Shown piece by piece: positions 44,473-46,754 of a stretch of 46,754 bases of DNA. The notes beneath the pieces are model-generated. The model saw only the letters and a program-made list of their open reading frames with translations. It did not search any database and was not told the DNA's origin. A program made the translations under genes and the position numbers. The stretch comes from an uncultured Gammaproteobacteria bacterium (GTDB lineage Bacteria; Patescibacteriota; Microgenomatia; UBA10105; UBA927), in the NCBI GenBank assembly GCA_964400835.1, contig CAYNWD010000001.1, positions 54,487 through 101,240 on the forward strand. Reading direction: 5' to 3'. The number at the start of each line of letters is the position of its first letter. Within the stretch, counting starts at the first letter, position 1.

Positions 44473-45432
44473 TTAATTATTTTGATACAGTTTTGTGCCG
44501 GGGTGAAATGCCGCCCAGGCAAACCAAAACAAACGAATCGGAATGATCGATTCTCCCGTAACTGTGTTGGTGACCACGATTTCACCATTGGCCTGTTTTT
44601 CCAGTGTGATAGAAATATCATCAAACGTGTCAGTGATTTTTGGGGTTTCATCAAAAACACTCACAGGATAAGCCTTTGAGGAACCGTTTACTTCAACTCC
44701 ATAAACCACAGTTTTAATCTGTAGGCTCCTGTCCAGACCTTTTACGCCAAAGAGAAGCTCATCGTTTTCTTCATATGTCCCATATGGGTATTGGTCGTAA
44801 TTTCTAGTAAAGCCGGTATTTCGGGAAAGAACCTGGGTATCCGGGTGCTCGTTTTTCCATTGACTCCAGGGGACGGTAATAATCGGGACTTTCACTAATG
44901 TTTCACTGCGTCTGGCAGCAGGACCTACAATCGCTTCTCCGGTAATCTGCTGCCAAAGGTTGCCCTCGTGTCGGTCGTACATGACAAGATCACTATTGTG
45001 CAACAGACCAGACACGCCAAACTCAGTGGCTGTTCCATTTACTATCCGTTCAAAGGCAAGAGCAGAACCGCACAAGGGACAAAACGTGATCGCAACAGGT
45101 GTACCTCCCGCTTCATCGTTCACAATCTCATGCCAGTTGAGGATCCTTTGGGGATAGGCTCTGACAACCCCGCGATACTCAAGCGCAAACACCCTATCCT
45201 CCGGCGCAAGCCAGGCATCCGCTGAGACGGCCGACTCAAACTGCGGGCGATCAATCGAAGGAATACAGTCACGGCCCGGGCACCCTTGTACGAGATCTTC
45301 CTTGGCTACCTTGGCCCCAGTGAAATCATCTTGCACGTTTGTGCCTGGCGCCGAGCCTGCGCTCCTCCAAATAAACAATGCCAGTGCAAGGAGGGCAAGA
45401 ACAAACAGTGGTCTTATGGGTATATTTCGCAT
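44473..45432 (-). CDS. DUF3179 protein (exported)
   Basis: DCIPSIDRPQF..VRAYPQRILNWHEIVND..ITFCPLCGSA..GVSGLLHNSDLVMYD, with an N-terminal signal. Confidence 0.85.
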   Translation of the reverse strand: MRNIPIRPLFVLALLALALFIWRSAGSAPGTNVQDDFTGAKVAKEDLVQGCPGRDCIPSIDRPQFESAVSADAWLAPEDRVFALEYRGVVRAYPQRILNWHEIVNDEAGGTPVAITFCPLCGSALAFERIVNGTATEFGVSGLLHNSDLVMYDRHEGNLWQQITGEAIVGPAARRSETLVKVPIITVPWSQWKNEHPDTQVLSRNTGFTRNYDQYPYGTYEENDELLFGVKGLDRSLQIKTVVYGVEVNGSSKAYPVSVFDETPKITDTFDDISITLEKQANGEIVVTNTVTGESIIPIRLFWFAWAAFHPGTKLYQNN

Positions 45433-45434
45433 AG

Positions 45435-45863
45435 CTATATCTGTTGCAGGTGCCGAAGCAATGTGTCAAATCCGCCTCCCACCCAACGCGTGATCTCTCC
45501 TCCGTTTCGATCCAAGAGCACCAGCGTATGCTGGGTGGTCACGGCATAGTTCCGGTTCATCGTGCGATCGTTGTCATAATCAACCTTCAGGATAGTCACG
45601 CCTGGCGGCAGCTGCGCGCTTCTTTGCGTGATCTCCCGCTCCAGCCCGGCACACGTCTGGCACCATCTCGTCGCCGCGAAAAACAGAATTACCGCGCCTT
45701 TCTTCTGTGCTGTGGCAAGAGCTGCGTCCGAATACTCCCTGTATCCCGGCTGGTCCATGCGTATTTCAGATTGCACAGACTGCGTCCCGCCGGACTCGTC
45801 CTTCAGAAAAACAAATCCGACGATGAAAACAAACACGATGATAAAAAGGGTCAATGGTTTCAT
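45435..45863 (-). CDS. Membrane-anchored thioredoxin-fold protein
   Basis: WCQTC redox motif and an N-terminal anchor MKPLTLFIIVFVFIVGFVF. ATGA overlap with the arsR-like stop. Confidence 0.8.
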   Translation of the reverse strand: MKPLTLFIIVFVFIVGFVFLKDESGGTQSVQSEIRMDQPGYREYSDAALATAQKKGAVILFFAATRWCQTCAGLEREITQRSAQLPPGVTILKVDYDNDRTMNRNYAVTTQHTLVLLDRNGGEITRWVGGGFDTLLRHLQQI

Positions 45864-46234
45864 GCTAAAAATGCCTCTATATGAGACAACAACGAGCGCC
45901 TGCTCTTCTGCTGGGCTTTGAGCGAATAGCAAACGAGCTTCCCGCAGCGGTTACTTGCGACCAGTCCCAGCTTTTTCAAATCAGACAGTGCGTGGGAAGC
46001 CGCAGACTGGCTTACTCCTAAAATCTGACAGATGTCCATCACCGGCAGCTCATCAACGTTGTGCAAAAGAAAATAAATGGCGCGCTTTGTGGGATCAGAA
46101 AGCTCTTTAAGAATGAGGGTGTGATCCTGCTGGCGACCGAATACCCGAAGTTCAAGCTGCAGTGACCTGAACTTCCTGTCTGCGACGTAATGGGCATGTC
46201 CCTGGTGCCCATTTATATATGAACGATTGTTCAT
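45860..46234 (-). CDS. ArsR/SmtB-family transcriptional regulator
   Basis: LSDPTKRAIYFLLHNVDELPVMDICQILGVSQSAASHALSDLKKLGLV. I chose the start at ATG 46234, because the track extension runs into repeat copy 3. Confidence 0.85.
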   Translation of the reverse strand: MNNRSYINGHQGHAHYVADRKFRSLQLELRVFGRQQDHTLILKELSDPTKRAIYFLLHNVDELPVMDICQILGVSQSAASHALSDLKKLGLVASNRCGKLVCYSLKAQQKSRRSLLSHIEAFLA

Positions 46235-46279
46235 ATATCCAACTCTACATCGGCGCACTTCCCCTGTCAACTCTTCAGT

Positions 46280-46382
46280 GAAAACCGGGGTCAAACCCTT
46301 ACCCTGAACCCGTCGAAGGGTTGATTATCTTGTCGCAACAGCTTCTCGGAATACTTTAGTATATCTCTGCCTTCCAAATACA
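46280..46382 (+). repeat. Interspersed repeat family 2, copy 3
   Basis: gaaaaccggggtcaaacccttaccctgaacccgtcgaagggttgattatcttgtcgcaacag.., directly upstream of the arsR-like gene. Confidence 0.85.
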
Positions 46383-46540
46383 AAAACCACCTGGCTCGAG
46401 AATCGTAACTCTAATATAAGCAGCGAATTTGTGCGTATTTTCAAAGTTTTGAAGATTTAAGTTCATTAGTCAGCTACGAGAAGAGGTTGATAAAATAAAT
46501 CTTGCTACCGCAACGGCTCGTTACACCGGGTAAACCTTAA

Positions 46541-46753
46541 TTATCTAATATCTTCCCATTTGTTGAGATAACTATCTAACTCAATGTCACCTAGTTTATA
46601 TTTACTACCTTTCTTGTTTATATAAACTAAATAATTAAGCCTCTCTTCCTTTGCGTGTCCTGAAGTAATCCAGCTTTTTACAATATAGTATGGAATTATC
46701 AAAAAATCTCTTTTGTCTTCAGAAAGAAGAACAAAAATATAAAAAACGTTTCC
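46541..46753 (-). CDS. 3' end of an unknown gene entering from the right edge (very AT-rich)
   Basis: My own translation, open from the window edge to TAA at 46543..46541: ..NVFYIFVLLSEDKRDFLIIPYYIVKSWITSGHAKEERLNYLVYINKKGSKYKLGDIELDSYLNKWEDIR. Confidence 0.4.
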   Translation of the reverse strand, partial: GNVFYIFVLLSEDKRDFLIIPYYIVKSWITSGHAKEERLNYLVYINKKGSKYKLGDIELDSYLNKWEDIR

Positions 46754-46754
46754 T

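Noticed and set aside
1-46754. tRNA, rRNA, integrase, transposase or prophage structural genes
   Set aside because: I saw no T-loop (GTTCGAAT/GTTCAAAT)-type cloverleaf candidates, no rRNA-like stretches, and no recombinase or transposase motifs in any long ORF.

Overview
The window is 46.7 kb and densely coding, with about 57 protein genes. I found no rRNA, tRNA or CRISPR array. All calls come from reading the sequence and the ORF track by eye; nothing was searched or computed.

Left part (1 to about 31.8 kb). This part is GC-rich and looks like the core of a small-genome bacterium. Its gene content resembles CPR/Patescibacteria, but that is inference only.
- It starts with an nrdR-nrdJ operon in which the class II ribonucleotide reductase is split by a LAGLIDADG intein. 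That gene runs off the left edge and is absent from the ORF track.
- Other genes here are an HD hydrolase, an MFS transporter, an FTR1 iron permease, a nucleotide-salvage cluster (two P-loop kinases, two phosphoribosyltransferases, guaA, a purine nucleoside phosphorylase), coaBC, a GapN-like dehydrogenase, a PP2C phosphatase, Fe/Mn SOD, two tandem class A PBPs, an RRM protein, gpmA, typA, a DEAD-box helicase and several secreted or membrane hypotheticals.

Right part (about 31.8 to 46.7 kb). This part is visibly AT-richer and mosaic.
- It carries an orphan 460-aa gene next to a Cas4-like PD-(D/E)XK nuclease. Both genes are preceded by the same 42-nt element, and the nuclease 5' end is duplicated.
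- It also has a Doc/HTH toxin-antitoxin pair with tandem operators, a methyltransferase / CYTH / GyrI-like / kinase-like cluster, and a TspO gene bracketed by interspersed repeats.
- An ArsR-headed same-strand cluster encodes a thioredoxin-like protein, DUF3179, a zf-UBP protein, glutaredoxin and a fused Zwf-Gnd protein.

Other structure:
- Two interspersed repeat families.
- A cupredoxin gene with an in-frame TAG.
- Several apparently leaderless promoters.
- Candidate NrdR boxes.
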